A stretch of 32,000 nucleotides of DNA, from assembly GCA_030429145.1 (NCBI GenBank), contig JAUIDC010000001.1, positions 840,001 to 872,000 of the forward strand, given 5' to 3'. Under the pieces are notes generated by a model, which worked only from the letters and a program-made list of their open reading frames with translations, did no database searches and was not told the DNA's origin. Source of the stretch: Candidatus Saccharimonadota bacterium (GTDB lineage Bacteria; Patescibacteriota; Gracilibacteria; Absconditabacterales; Absconditicoccaceae). The stretch's first letter is position 1. Every line of letters starts with the position of its first letter. Position numbers and translations under genes: made by a program. Shown here piece by piece: positions 9,254-19,687 of the stretch.

Positions 9254-9281
9254 TTGACTTTTATCTTTCTAAGTATATAAT
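9254..9281 (+). promoter_or_regulatory. Sigma70-type promoter for the 9307-10388 two-gene unit
   Basis: TTGACT (9254-9259), a 16-nt spacer, then TATAAT (9276-9281). Confidence 0.55.
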
Positions 9282-9306
9282 TCACACATAAACAAAACCG
9301 ATAATT

Positions 9307-9744
9307 ATGTTAGACAAAAAGACAATAAAGTTGCTTCTCTCTAATATATTAGGAGAGCAATTCGACAAGTGGTATACAAGCGATCAACTACAAGACAGCA
9401 ACGTAGAAATCTCTGATGCTGAGACAAAAGTCTGTGACATGGATCAGATATCCAAGACTCTCTTCCACATGCTTTGGATTCGTAACGATTCTATTGGTGG
9501 TGCTGAAGAAAACCTCAGATCTGTCAACAAAGATGATGCTGAATGGCAAAGTAAAGCAAGTCGCTATGAACGAATCAATGCAGAACGACAACTCCTGGAG
9601 TCTCTTCTTCTATTCCATATGAGAAGACAAGCCGTACAAGCAAGAGTACAACTATCTGAAGTGATAGACGGACAGATAGTAGACAAACGGCTGCATGTAA
9701 GACATGGGTATATCATTGTAATAGAAAATATGAAAAAATCGTAA
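9307..9744 (+). CDS. Hypothetical protein (145 aa)
   Basis: Intact ORF from ATG to TAA with no in-frame TGA. It lies 20 nt upstream of the next ORF. Confidence 0.5.
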   Translation: MLDKKTIKLLLSNILGEQFDKWYTSDQLQDSNVEISDAETKVCDMDQISKTLFHMLWIRNDSIGGAEENLRSVNKDDAEWQSKASRYERINAERQLLESLLLFHMRRQAVQARVQLSEVIDGQIVDKRLHVRHGYIIVIENMKKS

Positions 9745-9764
9745 AACGCAAAAAACTACGTATT

Positions 9765-10388
9765 ATGTCTACTACAAACACAAAGCACATTATACTCAGA
9801 GCTCCCCACTCGTTCAGTCCTTATGTGGATACTCATTGGATGAGAATCCTTGAAGGCCTTATGTTGGAATGGAGGTGGGGTGAGTACACAGAAATGCTCA
9901 AAGACGCGCTGGAAGGAATCGACCGGAAATTGTACCCGCATTTGTATAGTATCAAAACTGCCACAGTAGGAGTAAACAAATTCCTACGCGCTCTACCGCA
10001 AGATCACGATGCTATACTACTGTCCTACAGTGATGACAAAGGACTGACTATCAAAACCTGTAACGAAGATGCGCCTGGATGTGAAATAGCATACTATGGC
10101 AATACCGATTCACATCTGGAGGACGCACTTGGCAAACTCACTCCCCCCAAGCATGGGGAGTTCGTACTCAATAATGAGCGTTGGGCTGCAAGCAACTTCG
10201 GCCCTACGAACAACACAATGTATGATTGCGTTGAATGCAAAGAAGCTGGGAGAACGCATAAGATTGTAGAGATTCCTGGGCCACCTGCTCCAGGCAATGA
10301 GGTCTCCTTTAAAGGAGATCCTACTCACTATAATCAATGCACATGCTGCAAGGCCGTTACTGGCGCGTGGGTGCCAGCACCGTACTAA
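9765..10388 (+). CDS. Hypothetical protein with a Cys-rich C-terminus (207 aa)
   Basis: Intact ORF from ATG to TAA with no in-frame TGA. The C-terminal CVEC...CTCC spacing suggests a zinc-ribbon-like element. A terminator follows. Confidence 0.5.
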   Translation: MSTTNTKHIILRAPHSFSPYVDTHWMRILEGLMLEWRWGEYTEMLKDALEGIDRKLYPHLYSIKTATVGVNKFLRALPQDHDAILLSYSDDKGLTIKTCNEDAPGCEIAYYGNTDSHLEDALGKLTPPKHGEFVLNNERWAASNFGPTNNTMYDCVECKEAGRTHKIVEIPGPPAPGNEVSFKGDPTHYNQCTCCKAVTGAWVPAPY

Positions 10389-10419
10389 TTACATTTGAAC
10401 GTTAAATATCTACACTGAA

Positions 10420-10444
10420 GCCTCCCGTATCTGGGAGGCTTTTT
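10420..10444 (+). terminator. Rho-independent terminator
   Basis: GCCTCCC (10420-10426), loop GTATCT, GGGAGGC (10433-10439), then T4. Confidence 0.7.
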
Positions 10445-10535
10445 AAAAAATAATTTTTATTGATTTTCTAAACGATATTTCGCATATCAATAGTATCATC
10501 TATTTCTAATATTATTTACTTTATTTTTCTCCCTC

Positions 10536-11804
10536 ATGAAATTTTCGATTCTTGCTTGCTTACTATCTCTTGTTTTCGTATGAGCTGCTTTCGCTCATCC
10601 AGGGAATACCGCTTCCGATGGATGTCATTATTGTAGAACTAATTGTGATAAACGATGAGTACCTTGGAATCAAAGACATTGTCATGGTGGTTCTTCTTTT
10701 CCTTCAAGCTCTTACCCGAGCTATACTCCAAGTTATACCCCTCCCTCTTACACAACGCCAACCATATATAAAACTCCTACCGAAGAGTGCCAAGAAGAAT
10801 ATTGAATAAATGCCACCGTAGGAACTACTAGCAACACATGTAAATGTAAAGAATGATATAAGTGGGCTACATATGGAGATTATTGTGAACTCAAAACATC
10901 TTTCAATACATGTGAAGATCGAATTAATTGATATTTATGAACAGATTGAGAATGTTATTGCAACACATGATATGAGTGGAGCACTTCTCAAAATAAATGT
11001 ATAAGATCTCAGACTGATCAAGAACGCTGTATAGAACTCTATGGAATTAATAGTTATAGTAGTAATGATGGCATGTGCAGATGCCAAACAGGATATACAT
11101 TTAATTCCAAACATACTACATTATGATGTATATCTGCAAGTCTATCTTGTCAATTAAGCTTTTCTGACCCAAACGTTTATAGTGACTGAATACCAAATAC
11201 CGATGGAAGATATAGCTGCTATTGTAAAGAATGATATCAAAGGGATAACCAGTGAAAATGTACTTTAAATTCTACATCTACAATACACAATAATGAGCTA
11301 GAAGATGCCATTCAACGAATGTATAAAAATGGTCTTACAAGCTATGATTCTATAGAATGATTTATGCCTTTCAATAATATCACAAGGGAACAGGCATCTA
11401 AATTTTTCGTATGATTGAACCAATTCATACTAGCTATAAAATGAGGATCTAAAGAAACAAATGAAAATAAGTGCGTATTTAGTGACATTAGTAATGCTGA
11501 TAGAACTTTAATTAGTTATATTAGCAAAGCATGTGATAGTTGAATAATAATTTGAAGTAAATGAAAATTTAACCCCAATGGAAAATTAACTAAGGCACAA
11601 GCATTAACAATTCTTATTAGAATTATCAATGGGAAAATGGATGAAAGTTGAGAGATATGGTTCGAAAAATACTATCACTCTGCTGCCAATAAAGGATTGC
11701 TAGACAAACTAGATTACCACCTATTGGACCTAGATAGGGAAGATATAAATAGAGGTGACATGGCGAAACTTATTTACAGAACATATTTATATACAACTAA
11801 ATAA
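10536..11804 (+). CDS. Secreted cell-surface protein: signal peptide, Cys/His-rich N-terminal motif, Tyr/Ser/Thr/Pro linker, four CxCxxGY Cys repeats, C-terminal SLH domains (422 aa)
   Basis: Absent from the ORF track because it has 19 in-frame TGAs (hand count). With TGA as Gly it is a single frame from ATG at 10536 to TAA at 11802-11804. It begins MKFSILACLLSLVFV[G]AAFA. Next come HPGNTASDGCHYCRTNCDKR[G]VPWNQRHCHGG and then SSFPSSSYPSYTPSYTPPSYTTPTIYKTPT. Repeats such as CKCKE[G]YKW and CYCNT[G]YEW follow. The SLH-like C-terminus reads FSDISNADRTLISYISKACDS[G]III[G]SK[G]KFNPNGKLTKAQALTILIRII. Confidence 0.8.
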
Positions 11805-11822
11805 ATCATTTAAGGAAAATTT

Positions 11823-12959
11823 TTATACTCTCTTCACAGCCTCACTAACCACCTCAGCTATCCCCTCTTCCAATGGTGAAGGAATAACACTTTCAGGATT
11901 CAAATCTTTGACTGCATCAGCTAATGCTTCAGCGGCAGCTATGAAGTGATCTTGCGTAAGATTTTGAATTTTTCATTCTAACGCTCCTTTGAAAACACCA
12001 GGAAATACTAAGACATTATTAACTTGATTTGGATAATCTGAGCGACCAGTTGCCACGATGTAAGCGCCTCATTCTTTGGCTTCTTCGGGCATAATTTCGG
12101 GAGTTGGGTTGGACATAGCGAAGACGATAGGTTTGTCGGCCATCTTTTGGATATCGGTTCTGTCGAGGACATCAGGCTGGCTGACTCCGATGAAGACGTC
12201 TGCTCATGGGAGGACATCTTTGAGAGATCATTGAGCATTGTTGAGATTGTATGGGATGATTTGATCTTTGTATTCATTACTGTTTCCACGTCACTCATAG
12301 AGTGCTCATTTGCTGTCAACGAGAACGATGTGTTTGACTCATCGAGCAATGAGAAGCTTTGCGATAGCTATCGCTGCCGCTCATGCGCCAGACATGACGA
12401 TTTTGATTTGTTCTTTGTCCTTGTTCACAAGTTTGAGAGAGTTTTGTAATGCAGCGAGTACGACAATAGCTGTACCGTGTTGATCGTCATGAAAGACTGG
12501 GATGTCGAGACGTTTTTTGAGTTGCTCTTCGATATAGAAACAGTTTGGCGCTTTGATATCTTCAAGATTGATGCCACCAAATGTCGGTGCAAGATTTTCG
12601 ACTATAGAAATAATTTCGTCAGGGTCTTGCGTCTTGAGTACAAGTGGCACCGCATTGACTCCACCAAACGTTTTGAAAAGGAGTGCTTTTCACTCCATGA
12701 CCGGTAGTCCTGCCATAGCCCCAATATTACCAAGACCCAGAACTGCACTTCCGTCGGAGATAACTGCGATAGTATTTCCTTTTCGAGTATAGTCATATGC
12801 TTTCTCTGGATCTGCTTCGATAGCTTTACATGGCTCTGCCACGCCAGGAGAGTAGAAAATAGAGAGATCTTCTCTCGTTTTTGCTGATGCTTTGGTGGTA
12901 ATTTCTATCTTTCCTTTGAGCTTTTCATGTGCTTCAAGTGATGCTTTTTTGTAGTCCAT
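11823..12959 (-). CDS. NAD(P)-dependent malic enzyme, short form (378 aa)
   Basis: A single frame with 9 in-frame TGAs (hand count). It contains ...[11 protein letters not shown]...[23 protein letters not shown][G][10 protein letters not shown]...[15 protein letters not shown]...IVMSGA[G]AAAIA..., the hallmark malic-enzyme motifs. TAA stop at 11823-11825. Confidence 0.9.
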
Positions 12960-13057
12960 ATATGAGATATTTTATAAGCTAAACCAACCGTTTACTTATA
13001 TGCATATGCACAAAGAGTACAAGTTGAAAGTCAGTAGGGAATCACTATGCTGACAGC

Positions 13058-14407
13058 ATGCAAGAGATACACACAGCAACAGAAGACACCGCAGGAAGCG
13101 AACCGATACTGTTTCCTGAGGAGCCACTGAAAAAAAAACTGATCCGCAACAGCTTTTGGTTGTATTTTTTCTCGTTTATCGTCGCCCCAACTGGGTATAT
13201 TATTAAGGTAATCGCTTCGCGTGAACTCTCGGTTGAGGATATTGGTATATTCTATTCGGTACTGGGAATTATTAGTCTGATTTCTACGTACAATGACCTC
13301 GGTCTGACCGAATCTATGCAATACTTTTTGCCACACTACCTGATCGACAAGAACTTCAAGAAAGCAAAGTCGATGCTTCAGTTTACGTTGGTGTCTCAGC
13401 TGATCAGTAGTGCACTTATTATCGTAGCACTCCTCTTTCTGGCACCTTGGCTGGCAACTCACTACTTTCAATCACCACTGGCACTCCCACTTCTCCAACT
13501 ATTCTGTATCTACTTCCTCATCATCAATACTTTTCAAATGATTCAGTCGCTCTTTATCGCGACACAAAAAGTAAAGCGGTCACAAGGTATTGAATGAGTG
13601 AGAATGTGGACAATAGTTCTTTTTGTCTTTCTTGGTTGGCAGTTAGATATCTTTAGTCTCAATCTGTTTATGTCATATCGGTTGATCGGACTGGCTCTTG
13701 CGACGATAGTTGGAGTGATCGCTGCCCGAAAGCACTTTTGATGGCTGAGCAAATACAAGAGTGAAATAGACCGAGCATCGATCAAGAAACGATTTGGCTA
13801 CGCATTCTGGGTGATCATTGGGACGAATGCGACGATACTTTTGACACAGATAGACCAACAATTTGCGCTTTATTTCTTTGGCGCAGAAAGTGCCGGATAT
13901 CGAACAAACTACCTCACCCTCTTTAACAGCATGGCAGTTATCTGCACGCCACTGATAGGATATCTTTTCCCACTGCTCAACGAGCTCAATAAGAAAAATG
14001 AGAGAACAAAGATAAGACTACTCAATCGTGCACTCTATGCTGGATTTTTCGCTATCGGTTTGGTGCTTGGGGTAGTTGCATACTTCTGGGGACCTGAGAT
14101 TGCGGTGCTACTCTTTGGAGAGAAGTTTAGATTTTCATGAGAGCTCTTTATCGTGAGTGCACCATTTCTTTGGCTTGTTCCTATCATGGGTATCCAGTTC
14201 CAAAACCTTGCCAGTCATGGTATGGTGAAACAAAGAGTTGGTGTGTTACTCCTCGGTGTTGCAGTAAACTGTGTTGTCAGCATCGTGCTTATGCGTGCTA
14301 TTGGTATCACTGGTATCATCTACGGTACTGCTGCTGGACAAGCTTCTGCTATCATCGCATCATTTATCATCCAACATATCCATCGTCGTCGTCATGCTTC
14401 AGTATAA
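13058..14407 (+). CDS. Polysaccharide/oligosaccharide flippase, MOP (Wzx-like) family (449 aa)
   Basis: Track ORFs 13058-13597, 13811-14140 and 14153-14407 are in the same frame, joined via TGA at 13595, 13739 and 14138. The protein is polytopic and hydrophobic with a typical Wzx-like profile. TAA stop. Confidence 0.7.
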
Positions 14408-15701
14408 TATCGTCACAGGAAAAAACGGAACAGTAAGGCGGTCAAACCGACAAAGTTTTTTGGATAGAGCGATACAAACTGAGTGAGACGAGAAAATAAG
14501 TCTGCTTATGCTCTGCTACAATCATATCGATCAGTTCTTTACTGCGCTAGATAGAGTAGATAGAGAACCAAGACGCAAAAATTTTGTTATCACTATCGTA
14601 CAAAATTCTGATCAGGACGATGCGAAAAAAGCTTTTGAAGAAAGAATTTCAAGTTATAAAAATATCAATGTCCTCTACCCTAAGCACAATCTTGGTTCTG
14701 CATGAGGCTATGCGCTCGGACAAGAGTATATTCTCAGCAGATGATATTCGCACCTCATCATGCTTGAGGATGATGTTGACCTCTATGACGATGATACTAT
14801 CTCAGCGACTATTGATGCCATAGAACACGACAAACAGGTACTTTTCATCAACGCTCCAGTAAATACTGATGGCGACCATTCTCGATACGTCCAATACGCC
14901 TGCTACCCTACTTCCCTCCTCGGACAGGCTGGTATTATCGATCCAAGATTTTACTTTAGAGCAGAAGATCTAGAATGGAGAGTAAGAGTAGAGAACGCGA
15001 TCAAAACCTATCACTATACAAAAACTATCGTTGAGAGAAACTATTTTCATCCTTATCTTAAAGGAGCGAACAATAGCGGCTCACGAATCTACTTCTCCCT
15101 CAGAAACCAACTATGGATGTTCCACAAACACCGCCAATGATTTTTGCAATTTTCTCTCATACTGGCACAGTACATTGCATATGGATTTCTTACCTTTCTT
15201 AGGAGTGGAAAACTCCTGATAGTAGCGTGTATCTGGCATGCTATCATTGATGGAACAGGTAAGTATAAACCGTTGGAGTATCATGGAGAGATGATAAGAT
15301 ATTTTTGAGAGTTTAAAAAAGTGATGGTGAAGGATATTGGATTTAAGTCGAAAGAGGTATGATTTGAAGCGCTAGAAGAGTGAATGAATATAAGAAATAT
15401 CATTGCGAGAACCTCGCTTGCATGATGAGATAGAGTGCATCTTTCAGCCTATTCGGGGTCGCTGGTGACGAGTGGTTGACTTCAGCCCGTATGGATGAAC
15501 TTCATTGCATGTCTGCAAAAACTTCTGGTGATTGAACATCTCAATCGACACAAGAAAGAACTGCAGGGAAAGATATTATCACAGTGAATCTTCTCGCAGT
15601 TGATTAATATATTATTGTTTTTGCCGTGTGTATTGCTATGATTAGCATCATCACTCGTAGCATCTCTGCGGATTTTATGCTCTACGCTCTTGAGAAAATA
15701 G
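14394..15701 (+). CDS. Family 2 glycosyltransferase (rhamnosyltransferase-like core) with an uncharacterised C-terminal third
   Basis: Frame 0 is open from ATG at 14394 (a 14-nt overlap with the flippase) to TAG at 15699-15701. Motifs include ISLLMLCYNH, NLGSA[G]GYALGQ...[G]YSHLIMLEDDV and YFSLRN. About 12 in-frame TGAs. The start (14394, 14460 or 14508) and the status of the last ~130 codons are uncertain. Confidence 0.6.
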
Positions 15702-16502
15702 ATGAGAAACATATCACAGTTTTTTACAAAACAGACATTGTCCTATCTGCTCTATTTGCCGAGAGTTTTCACGACGATCAAGCATCCAGTAGGATTTTTG
15801 AAATCATATATCACGGGAGGTCTGAGTATTGATACTATCTGTCTTAGAAGATGACAAAAATACAACATCGCAAATTTTGATGATCTCGGAGTGTTCTATG
15901 AGATCTTTATCAAGCGTGAATATGGGAAGATTCCACAGTGAAAAATTACTGTCGTGGATATCGGTGCGAATAATGGACTCTTTACTCTCTACTGTAAGTG
16001 GCAGAATCCGCAAGCGACCATCCACTGCTATGAGCCAATTCCTGCATGTGCGGAGCATATTCGTCAGATGGCTAAGGACAATGGTCGGGATGATATCCAT
16101 GTGCATGAAGCAGCGGTAGCTGATCAGAGCGGAGAGCAACAGCTCTATCTCAACGAGCAAATCACTGTCGCTGCTTCCCTCTACCAGGCAGTAGCAGGTG
16201 CTGAGTATGCTATTAACATCAAGACTACGAGTTTTGCTGACCTGCTGAGTGAAGACAATATAGAGACTATAGACTTTCTCAAAGTCGACTGTGAGGGTGG
16301 AGAGTACAGCATCTTTTCGGATATCTCTGCGGAGACCCTCGATCGCTGTAAGTATATCGCTATCGAATACCATGATATAGACGAACAAAAAACGGGCAAG
16401 AAACTATTCAACTATCTACATAGGCTTGTCGGAGAAAAAAGACGTGTTCTTTTTCACCCGCACCCTGCACACCCACACAATGGATTTATTACTATCAAAT
16501 AA
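15702..16502 (+). CDS. FkbM-family methyltransferase (266 aa)
   Basis: ATG lies directly after the upstream TAG. The sequence ...FDDLGVFYEIFIKREYGKIPQ[G]KITVVDIGANNGLFTLY...IHCYEPIP...IDFLKVDCEGGEYSIF...IAIEYH follows the FkbM pattern. In-frame TGAs at 15852 and 15939. Confidence 0.8.
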
Positions 16503-16515
16503 GCTCCTCTTCTCG

Positions 16516-17682
16516 ATGAAAAAAGTAAGATTTCTCTTCTACTCATGAGACGGCATCTTCAAAAACGATCATGTTTTTAAGGAACATGGAGCTATTATTG
16601 ATTATTTCAACAGACATGGCTACGATGCAAAGATGGTCTGTATTGACCATGGTGTGACTGTCAATGCACACGATGTCATCAACAAGAAAGTAGAGGTCAA
16701 ATATCTCAAAGATAAAAAGATGTTTCTATGAGTTTCTCTTGGTATCCTCTCCTATCTTTTCTCTCTTAAAAAACTTCACATCCTTATACTCACGCACTTT
16801 TCACCAAAAACATTTCTCTACGCTCTCTGGTATAGATTATTCAACCACGGCTGAAAGGTATATGTCAAAGCTGACTTTGATGCAGAGCGATTTAAAAATA
16901 ACGATCATGGATTTCTCAAAACCTCATTCGCTCCGCTCAGACGACTGGAGAAACTCCTAGTAAGATGGTTTACCTCCCTCGTTGACCTTATTAGCATAGA
17001 GACAAAGGAGTGAGAAAAACTACTGAAAGAGTACTCATCGGCATTTCACCAGAAACTTGCTTATATCCCCAATGGCTTTGACGAAGCATTTATCGATGAT
17101 CATGATCTTCGTCCGGGCTTCGAGAAGAAAACAAATAGCATCGTAACTATAGGCAGAGTCTGAACCTACCAAAAGAATACAGAGAAACTACTCGACATCC
17201 TGAAACAGGTCGATATGAAAGACCGAAAAGCATATATTATCGGCACGATAGATCCTACTTTTCAAGAGACCATAGATATCTACTTTGAGCATTTTCCTCA
17301 TCTGCGTGAAAAGATTGTTTTCACCTGACCTATCTACGATAGAACAAAACTGTTTCACTATCTCCAAGAGGCAAAAATCTACCTTTGCACTTCAAGATTT
17401 GAGTGATTTAGCCTCGTCTTCCCAGAGCTTCTTTCGCAAGGCTGCTATCTCATAAGCACACCGGTATCAGGGGTGCAAGACATTACTGATCATGAAAGAC
17501 TCGGAAGTATCCTTGAAAATACAGAAGAGTTTGTACATACTCTACAGTGATATATTAGTGAAAACAGCTACTCAAAAGAATTATTTCATGACATAGTAGA
17601 CTATGCGTATAGTCACTTTGCATGGGAAAAGCATCTACAAAGACTAGAAAATTTACTCTGTGGTGATACGAGATGAAAATAA
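16516..17682 (+). CDS. Family 4 (GT-B) glycosyltransferase (388 aa)
   Basis: No ORF in the track (9 in-frame TGAs). The frame was verified by hand from ATG at 16516 to TAA at 17680-17682. EX7E motif: SRFE[G, 17404-17406]FSLVFPE. Confidence 0.75.
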
Positions 17683-18707
17683 GTGATAAGGATAATCCGT
17701 TGTATATAAAAGCCTGTAAAAGAGAGTCTCTTTTTCGAACAGGTGCTGACGACTATGCCAATATAAAGATTCCCCAAAGGGTCAAAGAGTTTGAAAATCT
17801 GCAAAAAACAGGAGATCGTCAGCAAGACGAATTCGCTTTTTTACATTCTCTTGGAACGTTTCCACGTGGGTTATCCCTCGGTTCGTGAGGTGGAAGTTAT
17901 GAGTTGAAGCTACTACAAGAGTGAATAGTAGACCATTTTGTCTTTATTGATATTAGTGAACAAGCCCTCGAGACCCTGCAGAACAATGCTAAAAAACTTG
18001 GCCTCAGTGAGAAGATTGAAACGCGTGTACAAGATTTTAACTTTCTGGATCTCCCTGCAAATAGCTATGATCTCGTGAGCTGTCAAAACATGCTTCATCA
18101 TATCATCAATCTCGAAGAGTGTTTGCACGAGATCAACCAGTCATTAACTCCTGAGGGCATCTTTGTTACCAATGAGTGTATTGGGGAAAACAAGATGTAC
18201 TGGTCTGATGCAAAGATGAGCTTCGTAAAAACCTTTCAGACTGCACTTGCTGAAAAAGGTATAGAAAGCAATGAATATATTAGAACGAGTCCTACAGTTC
18301 TGACAAATAACTGCCCTTTTGAATGTATTAGAAGTGCTGAGCTCTACGATATTATCCAGCACTATTTTGGCGAGACAAAAGTAAAAGAGAATGCATATGG
18401 TCACCTCTGGCATGCACGAAATGCATTGAGTGATAATAGGTCTGATACCTATTTTGCACTACTAGAAACATTCGACAAATTTGTCAGAGAAGAGAAACTT
18501 CTGAGACCCAATCTCCTGTTTGGTATCTACAAAAAATCTCAGAAGCCACTACTAGAAACCAATAGCTGGTCTACAAGTGAGATGAAAAAACAGATCGGCG
18601 TAAGCAGATTCAGCGAACAAGCACTCATGCAACGATGAACGAAGACACAACAAAAACTACCAGGTCTCTATAAGTTTTTAAAACGTCTTTACTTCAAACT
18701 AAGATAA
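17673..18707 (+). CDS. Class I SAM-dependent methyltransferase (344 aa)
   Basis: Track ORFs 17673-17888 and 18075-18638 are in the same frame. Motif I reads LSLGS[G]GGSYE, followed by VFIDIS and DLVSCQNMLHHI. TGAs at 17886, 17922 and 18636. TAA at 18705-18707 overlaps the next ATG (TAATG). Confidence 0.75.
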
Positions 18708-19495
18708 TGAAACCTCAAGTATCGATAGTGATTCTCAACTACAATACACCCGAACTAACAACCGCATGTGTGCAGTCTCTCATTGCACATACAGCAGAGA
18801 TTTCCTATGAGATCATCGTGGTGGAGAACGGATCGAAGCCAGCTAGTAGAGAGTACTTTGAGCAATATCTTACTGACCTTCCATATGTGCATGCCGTCTA
18901 CTCAGAAAACAATCTTGGTTTTGGCTGAGGTAATAATTTTGGCTACAAGCACGCTGAATGAGACTATATTTTCTTTTTAAATAGTGATACCATCATTTGA
19001 GAAAATTCGATCAAAATTCTCTACGATCACTATACAAATTTAGAAAAAACAACGAAAGTATGATTTCTTGCACCAAGACTCTACTACGACCATGAGTTGA
19101 CCAAAAAACAGATGTTCGGCACGAAAGCACCTACGTTTTGAGACGTTTTACTCTACAATATTCCAGGCCTTAAAAACATTTGGAAGAAGAGATATGACCA
19201 ATTTCGCTATGCTGACCGAGACAGAGATAGCGACAAAGAGATCGGTAATGCAGGTGGCCCAGCATTTATGTGTTCAAGAAAATGCTTTGATGACATAGGA
19301 AGGTTTGATGAAAGATTTTTTCTCTACATGGAAGAGTTTGATACAGCCATGAGGCTACATAAAAAATGATATCACAGTTTCTTCACTGCAAAGACAAGCA
19401 TCGTTCATCTCGAAGATCAATCCCCAAAGATAAAACGAAAAAAGCTGAAGATTTCACTCTCCAGCATGTGTAAGTTTTTTTGGAAGTATTTGTAG
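18707..19495 (+). CDS. Family 2 glycosyltransferase (262 aa)
   Basis: Contains MKPQVSIVILNYNTPELT...IIVVENGS...NLGFG[G]GNNFG...IFFLNSD...GPAFMCSRKCFDDIGRFDERFFLYMEEFD. Six in-frame TGAs. TAG stop at 19493-19495. Confidence 0.8.
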
Positions 19496-19574
19496 TTACG
19501 AACCAGCCTGCATTGTTTCTTCGGTATCGACATCTACTTTTCAACTTCTCTCATCAATTTCTGCTTCCATGGTT

Positions 19575-19586
19575 CATAGTCTGGCG
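19575..19586 (+). repeat. Copy A of the 12-mer CATAGTCTGGCG
   Basis: Exact match to the reverse complement of 20631-20642, and an 11/12 match to 20734-20745. It lies in the spacer between the two convergent GT2 genes. Confidence 0.8.
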
Positions 19587-19687
19587 TAAGGACGGTTCGT
19601 TGTTTAACGGACGTCTTTTAGGGTATAATAACCACGATAAAAAAGACAATAGATATACAAAAAATATATTGATATTCTCATCTCATG

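Noticed and set aside
7560-10450. The TGA-free block of four ORFs as a horizontally acquired standard-code island or prophage remnant.
   Set aside because: glyQS and clpC have an almost equally low TGA frequency. The HD gene in the middle of the block uses two UGA-Gly codons. Promoter architecture matches that of another gene in the window, and there are no integrase, repeat or tRNA boundaries. Only the TGA end of 7701-8108 remains odd, and it is reported separately.
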